DNA from: an uncultured Mucilaginibacter sp.
Lineage (GTDB): Bacteria; Bacteroidota; Bacteroidia; Sphingobacteriales; Sphingobacteriaceae
Assembly: GCA_964277815.1 (NCBI GenBank)
Contig: CAXYKR010000343.1
Location: forward strand, 1,611-65,610
Direction: 5' to 3'
DNA length: 64,000 bases
Positions 47,154 through 55,887 of the stretch are shown here, one piece after another. Within the stretch, counting starts at the first letter, position 1, and every line of letters begins with the position of its first letter. The notes beneath the pieces were generated by a model. That model worked only from the letters and a program-made list of their open reading frames with translations. It searched no databases and had not been told where the DNA came from. A program made the position numbers and the translations under genes.

Positions 47154-49067
47154 TTATATCGCTAATCGCTTTTGTTGTTGAAATAACTCAACCCCTGTAA
47201 CGTTCGCGTAACGCTCGTTCAATCGATCACGTAGATTAAACAATCTTCGTTCTGATGAATCAACAATTTGTGAAAACAGACAAATTTGCACCTTGCCTAT
47301 TTCAACCTTATTTTCATTCTCTATAGCTTGTATTGGTTGAACCTTTTCACTAAACGACTCACCAACAACAAAAGCATTGATGTAAGGTGAACCAATAAGC
47401 GTTCCGCAATTCACGAAATCCTCTACGTACCCTACTGCTTGGTTTCTTTCCTCTCGACCTAGCTTAAAACCGCCGCGTTTGAGTTCTATAATCAGTATTT
47501 TTTTTATAGAGCTTAATCCATTTTCATGGTCAAAATCAGTGGTGCCAGTAATTGAAAATGTAGAATTGCTCATAACTACGATATCCGGCCGCTTTCTATT
47601 ATTGTTGAAAAAACTAACATCAAGCTTTTTGCCAAACACTTTTTCAACAGTTGTTTGAAGTTGTGAGTTAGATGAAAATTCCGGTGAATCGTATTCTGGT
47701 CCGAAGATCCATCTAGCACTTGCTACAAGTGGATGAAGCACATGTAATTCGTCGACATTAGGATCACCTGCTAATTTGCGGATGGCTTCAATCACTGAAA
47801 TTCTTTTATCTATTTCATCCAATACTGTGAGCGCATCTTTGATACTCCAATTCTCAAGTAATTTATTTAATCCTTCTAAATCCTCACTTGACAGATTTGA
47901 CAATTTTACCAATAGCTCATGACCACTTCTCGTCTTTTCCAAGTTGAGAACTGTTTCTATCGCAAGTGATATGGATTCTTCTTTGGCGGTTGGATTTGTC
48001 AAGGAAATATGTTTTAAGGCTTCATTGAACTCATATTTGCCAAGGGGGCTTAAGTCATTATATTCTTTTTTGTAAACGGATTTTAAGTTTTTCGTTGTCT
48101 CTTCGATGTTTTCCGCAGCAATTTTTGCAAAAAGATTGTGGACCACATCATTTATGGCAGTATATACATCATCAAGTTTTTTATGCTTTTTAAATCCTGT
48201 CCAATCCCCTTTAATGTAGTCAGCAAGATCCGTAGTTTCCACAACAACCGAATACCGTTTTGCCTCCTTTGATCTTCCGTCGAGAATCATCGTATTTCCT
48301 AATATCCATGAAGGTTCTCCTACCAAACGTCCGCCTTGCCAAATGGCAATACCTTGATAAAGCGTAGACCTTCTTGATTTTTTTGAATCTATCAAATTTA
48401 CTTTTAAATTGATGTCATCTAAGTTAACTGGCACAGTTTCAATTAAACCTTGATGTTCCTCCAACTGAATTGTTTGTCGATTGATCGAAACAACAAATTT
48501 GGGATCATGTAAAAACCTTGCAGAAATTACTTCAAGTATATTATTTACATTAGGTAGATTTTTGGCGACTATAACTTCTAATTTTGTGCCAGCCCTTTTT
48601 GTTTTCTTAAATGTCTGTGATTTAATGATAAATGGTTGTTCCTCACTCTTAGTTGTTAGGACAAAAGTTGACTGAATTCCTTTTTTGTTGGTAACTACTT
48701 TGTATTCACTATTAAAGCAAAGTAAACCATGTCTGCCAATACCATTCCGTCCGTAAGCATATCTTTTTAAATCGATTCCTGAAGGGAATTCTACCATCTT
48801 TCCTTGGTGTTTAAGACGGTTGTAGCTTAATTTCATCCATCGGTTGTAGAACTCTTCTTTAGTCAAGCCAGCGCCATTATCTTCAATAGTCAACTTACCG
48901 CCTTTCTCAGACGGAATAAAGATTTTCACTTCCGTAGCGCCAGCGTCCCAAGCATTAGCGACAAGTTCTGTCAATGCAACATCTGGTTGGTTTACCAAAT
49001 TGCCTAATGTTCTAACTAAATAATCTTCTTCGAAGAGTGATCCTTGTATAAAGCCGACGTCTGACAT
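47154..49067 (-). CDS. GHKL (Bergerat-fold) ATPase fused to a PD-ExK nuclease-like C-terminal domain
   Basis: N-box LTELVANAWDAGA, G1 IEDNGAGL, G2 YGRNGIGRHG. C-terminus RPDIVVMSN...KILIIELKRGGFKLGREERNQAVGYVEDF follows a D...ExK pattern. 637 aa. Confidence 0.7.
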   Translation of the reverse strand: MSDVGFIQGSLFEEDYLVRTLGNLVNQPDVALTELVANAWDAGATEVKIFIPSEKGGKLTIEDNGAGLTKEEFYNRWMKLSYNRLKHQGKMVEFPSGIDLKRYAYGRNGIGRHGLLCFNSEYKVVTNKKGIQSTFVLTTKSEEQPFIIKSQTFKKTKRAGTKLEVIVAKNLPNVNNILEVISARFLHDPKFVVSINRQTIQLEEHQGLIETVPVNLDDINLKVNLIDSKKSRRSTLYQGIAIWQGGRLVGEPSWILGNTMILDGRSKEAKRYSVVVETTDLADYIKGDWTGFKKHKKLDDVYTAINDVVHNLFAKIAAENIEETTKNLKSVYKKEYNDLSPLGKYEFNEALKHISLTNPTAKEESISLAIETVLNLEKTRSGHELLVKLSNLSSEDLEGLNKLLENWSIKDALTVLDEIDKRISVIEAIRKLAGDPNVDELHVLHPLVASARWIFGPEYDSPEFSSNSQLQTTVEKVFGKKLDVSFFNNNRKRPDIVVMSNSTFSITGTTDFDHENGLSSIKKILIIELKRGGFKLGREERNQAVGYVEDFVNCGTLIGSPYINAFVVGESFSEKVQPIQAIENENKVEIGKVQICLFSQIVDSSERRLFNLRDRLNERYANVTGVELFQQQKRLAI

Positions 49068-49234
49068 ATCAAAAAAAAATCAATATAATAAGTTGAGCGG
49101 TTGTTGTCAACCTTCATTTTGATAAAAGCTAATTCAAAGAGGTTAATAAGTTAACTATTCACTGTGAAATCAATAGCGAATAGTTAGCTTTAAAATTCCT
49201 ACTATAAAACTGCAACCAGACTTTAAAAATTTTA

Positions 49235-50455
49235 TCATCTCATGCGGTTTTTCAAAGCGTCCATATCTTCTTTTAGTTTTCGCTCTACAACCTTTGCATA
49301 TATCTGAGTAGTAGTAATTTTGGTATGCCCTAATATTTTACTTACTGTTTCAATCGGCACACCATTAGAAAGCGTAACGGTCGTAGCAAAAGTATGCCTG
49401 GCGATATGGAATGTGACATTTTTTGTTATGTCACAACGATCAGCAATTTCCTTAAGATAACTGTTTACTTTCTGATTAGATATTTTGGGGAATACGCGGC
49501 CATCATACAATGCGCGTTCATTGTCTCTATAATTATCCAAGATGGCTAAAGCCTTCGGTAATAATGGTACGATTACAGGTATAAGCGTCTTTTCTCTGCA
49601 TGTCCTAATCCAGCGGTCGCCATCCGCACCAGTCACAATATGTTCCGGCTCAAGATTACTTACATCAACATAAGATAGGCCAGTATAACAGCAGAAGACG
49701 AACATATCCCTAACCATTTCGAGGCGCTCAATTCCAAACTTCTTTTCTTCAATAGCTTTTAGCTCAACCTCGGATAATTGCTCTCGGTTCACCTTTTGAA
49801 TTTTGAGTTTATAAGTAGCGAATGGATCTGAATCTATCCAGTGGAGATTTACTGCCAAGTTGGTCATCTTTTTTAACCGGATGATGTGTTTCATCACGCC
49901 GTTGTTATTAAGCGGCTTTTGATGATCTTTCGGTTTGTGGTTACGCAAGAAAACTTCGAAGTCTTTTACGAACTTATAATTAAGCTCCCGCAGGTAAATG
50001 TCAGTAGCCTTATAATGCTCTTCAAGGAACTTCTTTAAATACCGCTGAGTAACGTAATAATGCTTAAGCGTACTCCATTTCAAATCAGAGGTAGCCGTTT
50101 CATTATGGTAGCTCATTAGGCTGCTGAGCGTGAAGGCTTCTTCCTTTTCTCCAAGAAAAAGGCTTTTGATCGATTTTGTGTCGATGAATTTTCCTTTCAA
50201 TTGTAGTTCCTTATAGCAATTACCCAATTTCAGACGCACCTCTTCAAGAAATGCAGAAAGCTTCTTGACCTGCTCTCTTGTTCCTTTAGGGTACCCTTTG
50301 TCAACATCCCACATTTCTAAAGGAACATTTTCTTTCAATCCAATAAGGCATTTTTCCTTATTTACTGTTACTGCCGCGTATAGCGGAGCTTTACCATATT
50401 TCGCTTTGTAGGCCCTTACTACAAAATGAACTCTGAATGATTGTGTCGTTTTCAT
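49235..50455 (-). CDS. tyrosine-type site-specific integrase
   Basis: 406 aa. C-terminal NVTFHIARHTFATTVTLSNGVPIETVSKILGHTKITTTQIYAKV carries the HxxR, LGH and catalytic Y motifs. Adjacent to the tRNA 3' end. Confidence 0.9.
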   Translation of the reverse strand: MKTTQSFRVHFVVRAYKAKYGKAPLYAAVTVNKEKCLIGLKENVPLEMWDVDKGYPKGTREQVKKLSAFLEEVRLKLGNCYKELQLKGKFIDTKSIKSLFLGEKEEAFTLSSLMSYHNETATSDLKWSTLKHYYVTQRYLKKFLEEHYKATDIYLRELNYKFVKDFEVFLRNHKPKDHQKPLNNNGVMKHIIRLKKMTNLAVNLHWIDSDPFATYKLKIQKVNREQLSEVELKAIEEKKFGIERLEMVRDMFVFCCYTGLSYVDVSNLEPEHIVTGADGDRWIRTCREKTLIPVIVPLLPKALAILDNYRDNERALYDGRVFPKISNQKVNSYLKEIADRCDITKNVTFHIARHTFATTVTLSNGVPIETVSKILGHTKITTTQIYAKVVERKLKEDMDALKNRMR

Positions 50456-50674
50456 TGTTTTTCCTCTTTTTTAATGTCAACTGATGTAGCCAGCTACATA
50501 TTTTGTGCATTTAAAGTGGTCGGTGAAACCTAATAACACCTCCGTAATCAACTGCTTTTCAACAGGTTGAACCAAAACTGAGCACCTAATTTAAAAACTT
50601 AAAAAAGGTGCTCAGTTAGGTGCTCAGAAGTTTGGCTTTCTTTGGGGTTAGGAAGGGTATAATTAATGAAAAAA

Positions 50675-50699
50675 CCCTCTAAATAAGCTATTTAGAGGG
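50675..50699 (-). terminator. rho-independent terminator of the tRNA gene
   Basis: ccctctaaata-agc-tatttagaggg, an 11-bp stem flanked by an A6 run (left) and a T5 run (right). On the minus strand the hairpin is followed by TTTTTT. Confidence 0.75.
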
Positions 50700-50727
50700 T
50701 TTTTAGGTGTAGAACAAGTCTACTTTG

Positions 50728-50801
50728 TGCGCCCACCTGGGCTCGAACCAGGGACCAAAAGATTATGAGTCTTCTACTCTAACCGACTGAGCTATAGGCG
50801 C
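50728..50801 (-). tRNA. tRNA with CAT anticodon (elongator Met or lysidine-modified Ile2)
   Basis: Hand-folded cloverleaf of the reverse complement GCGCCTA-TA-GCTC-AGTCGGTTA-GAGT-A-GAAGA-CTCATAA-TCTTT-TGGTC-CCTGG-TTCGAGC-CCAGG-TGGGCGC-A. 74 nt. CCA is not encoded. Confidence 0.9.
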
Positions 50802-50875
50802 AGCTCTTGGGGTGACGGAAATTTTGTTTCCGGGTGCAAATTTAGATATTTGCGGCAATTACCCAAACACTATTT

Positions 50876-51508
50876 ATGCAAAATATTAAAAACATCATAT
50901 TCGATTACGGCAATGTTATCTTTAGTATTGATTTTGCCAGGGTGCAGCAGTCGTTCAAGGCGTTGGGCATCAGTAATGTAGATGAGTTTTTTGGTCACTT
51001 ACAGCAAGACCCCATTTTCGACGCTTTCGACCGCGGACAAATCAATGCAGCCCAATTTCGCGAGCGTATCCGCGAAAAAGCCAACAACCCTGATTTAACC
51101 GATGATGAAATTGATGCCGCCTGGAATAGTATTTTAGTAGGCATTGCCGAAGGTAACCACGATTTGCTGCTGAAACTGAAAGACAAATACCGCACCTTTT
51201 TGCTCAGCAACATCAACGAAATACATTACGATTTCATCCTGAAATACCTGAAGAAGGATTTCGGCTTTGAAAATAACGACCACCTTTTCGAGAAAATTTA
51301 CTACTCGCATTTTACTGGCAAGCGCAAACCCGAGATTGCCATATTTGAACAGGTACTGCACGAAAACAACCTGAACCCGACCGAAACTTTATTCATCGAC
51401 GATAGTCCGCAACACTTAGCTGCTGCGCAAACCCTGGGCATTCAAACTTTTTTGATGAAAGCACCCGACACCATACAGGTCTTTGCCCAACGCGAACATT
51501 TGTTATAG
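50876..51508 (+). CDS. HAD-family hydrolase
   Basis: IIFDYGNVIF (motif I DxG), LLSNINE, GKRKPE, FIDDSPQHL. 210 aa. Confidence 0.75.
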   Translation: MQNIKNIIFDYGNVIFSIDFARVQQSFKALGISNVDEFFGHLQQDPIFDAFDRGQINAAQFRERIREKANNPDLTDDEIDAAWNSILVGIAEGNHDLLLKLKDKYRTFLLSNINEIHYDFILKYLKKDFGFENNDHLFEKIYYSHFTGKRKPEIAIFEQVLHENNLNPTETLFIDDSPQHLAAAQTLGIQTFLMKAPDTIQVFAQREHLL

Positions 51509-51571
51509 CCCGCCAACAAAAAACGCCGGTTAAGCTGTTGCTCAACGGCGTTTCTGTTATGATAAAGACGA

Positions 51572-52777
51572 TTAAATCTTTCTGCGCTTTTTCTCTTTAA
51601 TAATCAGACCCAACTCGCGGCTCATCTGGCCGGCAATGGCGGTGTTTTCCTGAGCGCGTCTAAACAGGTAAGGCAATACGGCTTTAACCGGTCCGTAGGG
51701 TACGTATTTTACCACATTATAACCGGCGTCGGCCAGGTTAAAGCTCAGGTTATCGCTCATGCCCAGCAATTGCGAAAAATAAACATGCGGATGGTTATGC
51801 GGAATGTGGTGCTGGTTCAGCAAATCGGCCAGCAAACGGCAACTATCTTCATTGTGCGTACCGGCTACCAAGGCAATGCGGTCAATATGCTCTACGCAAA
51901 AACGGATGGCCTCGTCGTAATCGCGGTCGCTCGATGCTTTGTCGGGTTGGATGGGCGATGGGTAGCCCATTTCCTGCGCACGCTTGCGTTCTTTCTCCAT
52001 ATAAGCGCCGCGTACAATTTTGACGCCTAATAAAAACTCCTCGGTACGGGCCACATCAAAATCAACTTTTAACGAGGCCAGCTTGTCGTGGCGGTAAATC
52101 TGGTAAGTGTTATATATAATGGTTTTGTCGCGGTTAAAGCGGCGCATCATATTCAGCGCTAATTTATCCAGCGTTTTTTGTATCCAGCTTTCCTCGGCAT
52201 CAATCATTACGGGTATGCTTGCCTGGTGCGCCTTTTGGCAAATGGCCAGTACCCGGTTTTGTACTTTTTGCCATTCTGCTTCTTCGGCTGCGGTTAGGGG
52301 AGTGCCGGCATCCAGCTTTTCTAACAAACCAAAGCGGCCCACGCCGGTTACTTTAAATACAGTGATGGGAATAGCAGGGTCGCCGGTGGCACGCTCGATG
52401 GTACGGATGATTTCGTCGCGGGTTTCGTCAAAAACGTGTTCTTCCTCTTCGCCCTCAACTGAGTAGTCAAGGATGGTGCCTACGCCGCCCGATTGCAGGT
52501 TTTTAATGGTAGCATTACACTCGGCAATAGTTTCGCCGCCGCAAAATTGTTTAAATATGGTGGCTTTAATAATACCCTTTATCGGCAAACCAATGTTCAT
52601 GGCAAAGTTGGTTATGCCGGGGCCAATTTTTACTAACAAATTATTGTTGATAGCCGTAAAAAGCCAGTATGCACGTTTTAAATCGTTATTAGAGGCATGT
52701 TTAAAGGCAATCTCTGTATTTTCAAAAGATAGCGTTCCCCTTTCGGGTTGCGGTAAATCGGTACGTTGAGCAAGCAT
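51572..52777 (-). CDS. proline dehydrogenase family protein
   Basis: 401 aa. ...GVGTILDYSVEGEE..., IPVMIDAEESWIQ, VKIVRGAYMEKER, YVPYGPVKAVLPYLFRRAQEN are typical monofunctional ProDH blocks. Confidence 0.8.
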   Translation of the reverse strand: MLAQRTDLPQPERGTLSFENTEIAFKHASNNDLKRAYWLFTAINNNLLVKIGPGITNFAMNIGLPIKGIIKATIFKQFCGGETIAECNATIKNLQSGGVGTILDYSVEGEEEEHVFDETRDEIIRTIERATGDPAIPITVFKVTGVGRFGLLEKLDAGTPLTAAEEAEWQKVQNRVLAICQKAHQASIPVMIDAEESWIQKTLDKLALNMMRRFNRDKTIIYNTYQIYRHDKLASLKVDFDVARTEEFLLGVKIVRGAYMEKERKRAQEMGYPSPIQPDKASSDRDYDEAIRFCVEHIDRIALVAGTHNEDSCRLLADLLNQHHIPHNHPHVYFSQLLGMSDNLSFNLADAGYNVVKYVPYGPVKAVLPYLFRRAQENTAIAGQMSRELGLIIKEKKRRKI

Positions 52778-52845
52778 CGTGCAAAATTAGAAAATCAATC
52801 TATATAACTCATTTTCTACACTAATAGTTTATTTTTGCCGCCACC

Positions 52846-53052
52846 ATGATTGAATTTAAACTAAACGGCGATTTTATCCCTCTAATACAATTATTAAAGG
52901 CCACCGGATTAGTGTATACCGGCGGTGAAGCACAAATAGTGGTTACCGAAGGCGAAGTGAAGTATAACGGCCAGGTTGATTATCGCAAACGCTTAAAAGT
53001 TAAAAAAGGCGATGTGATTGAATTCAGGTCAAAAAAAATTGTGGTGATATAA
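52846..53052 (+). CDS. S4-domain RNA-binding protein (YbcJ-like)
   Basis: 68 aa. IPLIQLLKATGLVYTGGEAQIVVTEGEVKYNGQVDYRKRLKVKKGDVIEF. Confidence 0.7.
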   Translation: MIEFKLNGDFIPLIQLLKATGLVYTGGEAQIVVTEGEVKYNGQVDYRKRLKVKKGDVIEFRSKKIVVI

Positions 53053-53054
53053 TT

Positions 53055-54143
53055 ATGGATACAATTGAAAGTATAGACTACCCTGTTGTTTTTAATGAAA
53101 CTCTTACCCAACTGGTAAATTTTATTGAACAGGGTAACTACACGCGTTTTTTTATTTTAACAGACGAACATACTGGCGAGCATTGCCTGCCCCTGCTGCA
53201 AAGCCGTTTAGAGCATTTAAACGACCGGTATGATGTGATAGAGGTTAGTGCGGGAGAAGAAAGCAAGAACATTGATTTTTGCTCGGGCATTTGGAAAATG
53301 CTGATTGATTTTGGTGCCGACCGTCATAGCCTGATGATAAACCTGGGCGGCGGCGTGATAGGAGATATGGGCGGTTTTGCCGCTTCGACTTACAAGCGCG
53401 GTATTGATTTCGTGCAGGTGCCAACTACCCTATTATCGCAGGTGGATGCCTCGGTAGGGGGTAAAACAGGTATCGACTTTGATAATCTGAAAAACATCAT
53501 TGGTACGTTTACCTCACCCAAGGCAGTTTTTATTGAGCATGCGTTTTTAGAAACCCTGCCATCACGCCAGATTTTATCCGGCTATGCCGAGATGCTGAAA
53601 CACGGCCTGATACAGGATGCTAATTATTGGAACCAACTGAAAGCTTTAGGTTCGCCGCTGCAATTGCCAACAGCCGAGTTAGTATATCAATCGGTTGCCA
53701 TCAAAAACAAGGTGGTAGTGGCCGACCCGTTTGAAAAAGGTTTCCGTAAGTGTTTAAACTTTGGCCATACCATCGGCCATGCGGTTGAAACTTATTCGCT
53801 TCAGAACGACGAAAATCACCTTACCCATGGTGAGGCTGTAGCTATCGGCATGATTTGCGAAGCCTGGCTGTCTCACAAAAAAGCCGGCTTAAGTTTGGAT
53901 GAACTGAACGAGATTACCGAGGTTTTAAACAGTCTTTATCCTAAATATGAACTGGACAATTCGTGCCACTCGGTGCTGCACGCCCTCATGAAAAAGGATA
54001 AGAAAAACCAGGGCGACGACATTAACTGCACTTTATTGCACCGAATAGGTGAGTGCAGCATTGACCATATCTGCAGCGAAGAAGAATTGTGCGACAGTTT
54101 GAGTTATTATAGCAAGCTGAATAAGCACGTAGCTGAAGTGTAA
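53055..54143 (+). CDS. aroB: 3-dehydroquinate synthase
   Basis: LGGGVIGDMGGFAASTYKRGIDFVQVPTTLLSQVDASVGGKTGID and NFGHTIGHAVE motifs. 362 aa. Confidence 0.9.
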   Translation: MDTIESIDYPVVFNETLTQLVNFIEQGNYTRFFILTDEHTGEHCLPLLQSRLEHLNDRYDVIEVSAGEESKNIDFCSGIWKMLIDFGADRHSLMINLGGGVIGDMGGFAASTYKRGIDFVQVPTTLLSQVDASVGGKTGIDFDNLKNIIGTFTSPKAVFIEHAFLETLPSRQILSGYAEMLKHGLIQDANYWNQLKALGSPLQLPTAELVYQSVAIKNKVVVADPFEKGFRKCLNFGHTIGHAVETYSLQNDENHLTHGEAVAIGMICEAWLSHKKAGLSLDELNEITEVLNSLYPKYELDNSCHSVLHALMKKDKKNQGDDINCTLLHRIGECSIDHICSEEELCDSLSYYSKLNKHVAEV

Positions 54144-54205
54144 GGTTAACTTTATGGGTTTCGGCCCGCACTGTTTGCCGAAGCATGATTTTGCAGCGGG
54201 CAATA

Positions 54206-54249
54206 AAATACAAATCCCCGAACGTTCAGGCGTTCGGGGATTTGTATTT
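54206..54249. terminator. bidirectional terminator between convergent aroB and the lectin-protease gene
   Basis: Perfect 19-bp stem aaatacaaatccccgaacg / cgttcggggatttgtattt with loop ttcagg. A/T runs on both sides. Confidence 0.8.
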
Positions 54250-54266
54250 TATACAGTGTAGTGCAA

Positions 54267-55343
54267 TTAGTAAACACCGTCCAGATCCATAGAACGCACA
54301 ATTTTTACATGCCTAAAGGCGCCCGCTTCCGACCATTCATTATCGTAATTTAATCCATACGGCCAAAAGTGGCCTCCACCACCGCTAATTTTACTGTTTT
54401 GAGTTTCGAAGGCTTTAATGGCAGCAATACCGTTTGCTCCACTATAAGTACCGCCATCAGTCAAGTTCGACCAGTTACCGGTTTGGCCCACGCCATAACA
54501 ATGCCCCATCTCGTGCATAGCGGTGCGGGTACTTTGAAAGCTCGGGTTGGCACCAAAGCGGATGTTACCAATCACATTGGCATCTGCAGTAGGCACGCCC
54601 GGATTATAGCTTACGTTAAGCATGCGGGCTTCCCAATCGGCTCCGGCATTGTAGCGGGCACAGGCATCATTCATGGCATTTGTAATACGCGTAACAGCAT
54701 CGGCAGGCACGCCCTCGGTTGATGTCCAATGCCATGTTACTTGTCCGTTATATTTAGTTTTGGCTAAAATCCATTGCTGATTTTCACCGCTGCCGCTGGT
54801 TTGCAAGCTTACCTCGCTGCCATCATTTAATGCCGACTGCGGTACCTCAAGTGCTTTGCCATTGGCTCTGTTTACAATAAGATAATGCCCGCTGCCCGAT
54901 GTTGTAAATTTCCATTGCTGGTTAGTGGCGCCGGTGTAGTCACTAGCAGTTACGGTGTTTGCATCGGCACCTTTAGTGGCTGTAAGGGCACGGTTGTTTT
55001 GACTATTAATAATGCTGTAATAATTGCCCTTCAACAAATGTAAAATCCACTGCTGATTAGCTGCACCGGTACCTCCGCTCTGCGTTATTTTATTTTGGTC
55101 AGTACCCTCCAGACTTTTGGCGCTATTGCAGTTCATAATATAAAAAGTACCGTTAGTTACCGTTTGAGGAGGTTCGATAGCCAATATGGTTTTCGACTGT
55201 TTGGACGAAAGGTTTGCGGAATGCAAAACGGGGATTTGGTCATGTACTGCAATCCGGTTGTCGTTATTGGCAAATTGCCCCATGTTTAATGCCGTAAAGA
55301 ACATTAAACCGGTGTACTTTGAGTTTAAAACAGGAAATCTCAT
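54267..55343 (-). CDS. secreted ricin-type lectin domain + zinc metalloprotease-like protein, paralog 1
   Basis: Signal-like MRFPVLNSKYTGLMFFTAL. Repeated QxW motifs (NQQWIL, NQQWKF, NQQWIL) indicate a ricin B beta-trefoil. C-terminal TAMHEMGHCYG is an HExxH zincin motif. Confidence 0.7.
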   Translation of the reverse strand: MRFPVLNSKYTGLMFFTALNMGQFANNDNRIAVHDQIPVLHSANLSSKQSKTILAIEPPQTVTNGTFYIMNCNSAKSLEGTDQNKITQSGGTGAANQQWILHLLKGNYYSIINSQNNRALTATKGADANTVTASDYTGATNQQWKFTTSGSGHYLIVNRANGKALEVPQSALNDGSEVSLQTSGSGENQQWILAKTKYNGQVTWHWTSTEGVPADAVTRITNAMNDACARYNAGADWEARMLNVSYNPGVPTADANVIGNIRFGANPSFQSTRTAMHEMGHCYGVGQTGNWSNLTDGGTYSGANGIAAIKAFETQNSKISGGGGHFWPYGLNYDNEWSEAGAFRHVKIVRSMDLDGVY

Positions 55344-55828
55344 TTCAAAATAATTAGTTTGGTTAAGTTGTTATCATGTGATTGACGGTCGATTCAAGTG
55401 TTCTGAAGCTACTTTGTTGTGCTGTCTTGTACCTGCTTTTATTTATGCTCGTAACCAAAGCTGGCTCAATAGTGAGCAGCAAAGACTATCAATGCATGCA
55501 TTTTTAGCCAATCGGACAGCCATTATTGCCACAGGAAGAAGATATGAAGAAGCACTTGTCTTAAAAAGACCGTTTACAATTGTTTACGATTCCAAATTTA
55601 AAGGCACTGATGAAATGGTGCAAAGCATTTTATAACCAGTTTGTGTCTTATTTTAACCTTTGCGGAAAATAATATTTCGTCATGTTTTGTATTGAGGTGG
55701 ATTACAATGTAGCGTTTGGATCAAGTTTAACTAAACTTAGCCTACTTTAAACCGCTAATAATTACTTTTTGATCTTTAGCAATTTGCGGTTTGTATCGGA
55801 AATTCGGTAACATTGAGTGAGGGCCATA

Positions 55829-55871
55829 AACCACGAATCCCCAAATGAATAATATTCGGGGACTCGTGGTT
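55829..55871 (-). terminator. terminator hairpin downstream of lectin-protease paralog 2
   Basis: aaccacgaatcccc ... ggggactcgtggtt (one mismatch), 17 nt past the stop at 55888. Confidence 0.6.
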
Positions 55872-55887
55872 ATATAAAAAACTCTGA

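Larger units (their letters stand above)
1500..50670. mobile_element. CTnDOT-type integrative conjugative element (~49 kb); ends only bracketed
   Basis: Integrase next to a tRNA, relaxase, coupling protein and Bacteroidota tra genes, with housekeeping genes on both sides. The left end lies somewhere in 1231-1782 and the right end in 50456-50727. No convincing att repeats found. Confidence 0.7.

Noticed and set aside
50728-50801. Calling the tRNA(CAT) an initiator tRNA-fMet.
   Set aside because: Position 1-72 is a normal G-C pair. The anticodon stem (GAAGA/TCTTT) lacks the three consecutive G-C pairs of bacterial initiators. Elongator Met or Ile2 remain possible.
55378-55635. An 85-aa plus-strand ORF between the lectin-protease paralogs.
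   Set aside because: It lies in the upstream regulatory region of paralog 1. It has no motifs and no conservation with the equivalent region upstream of paralog 2.
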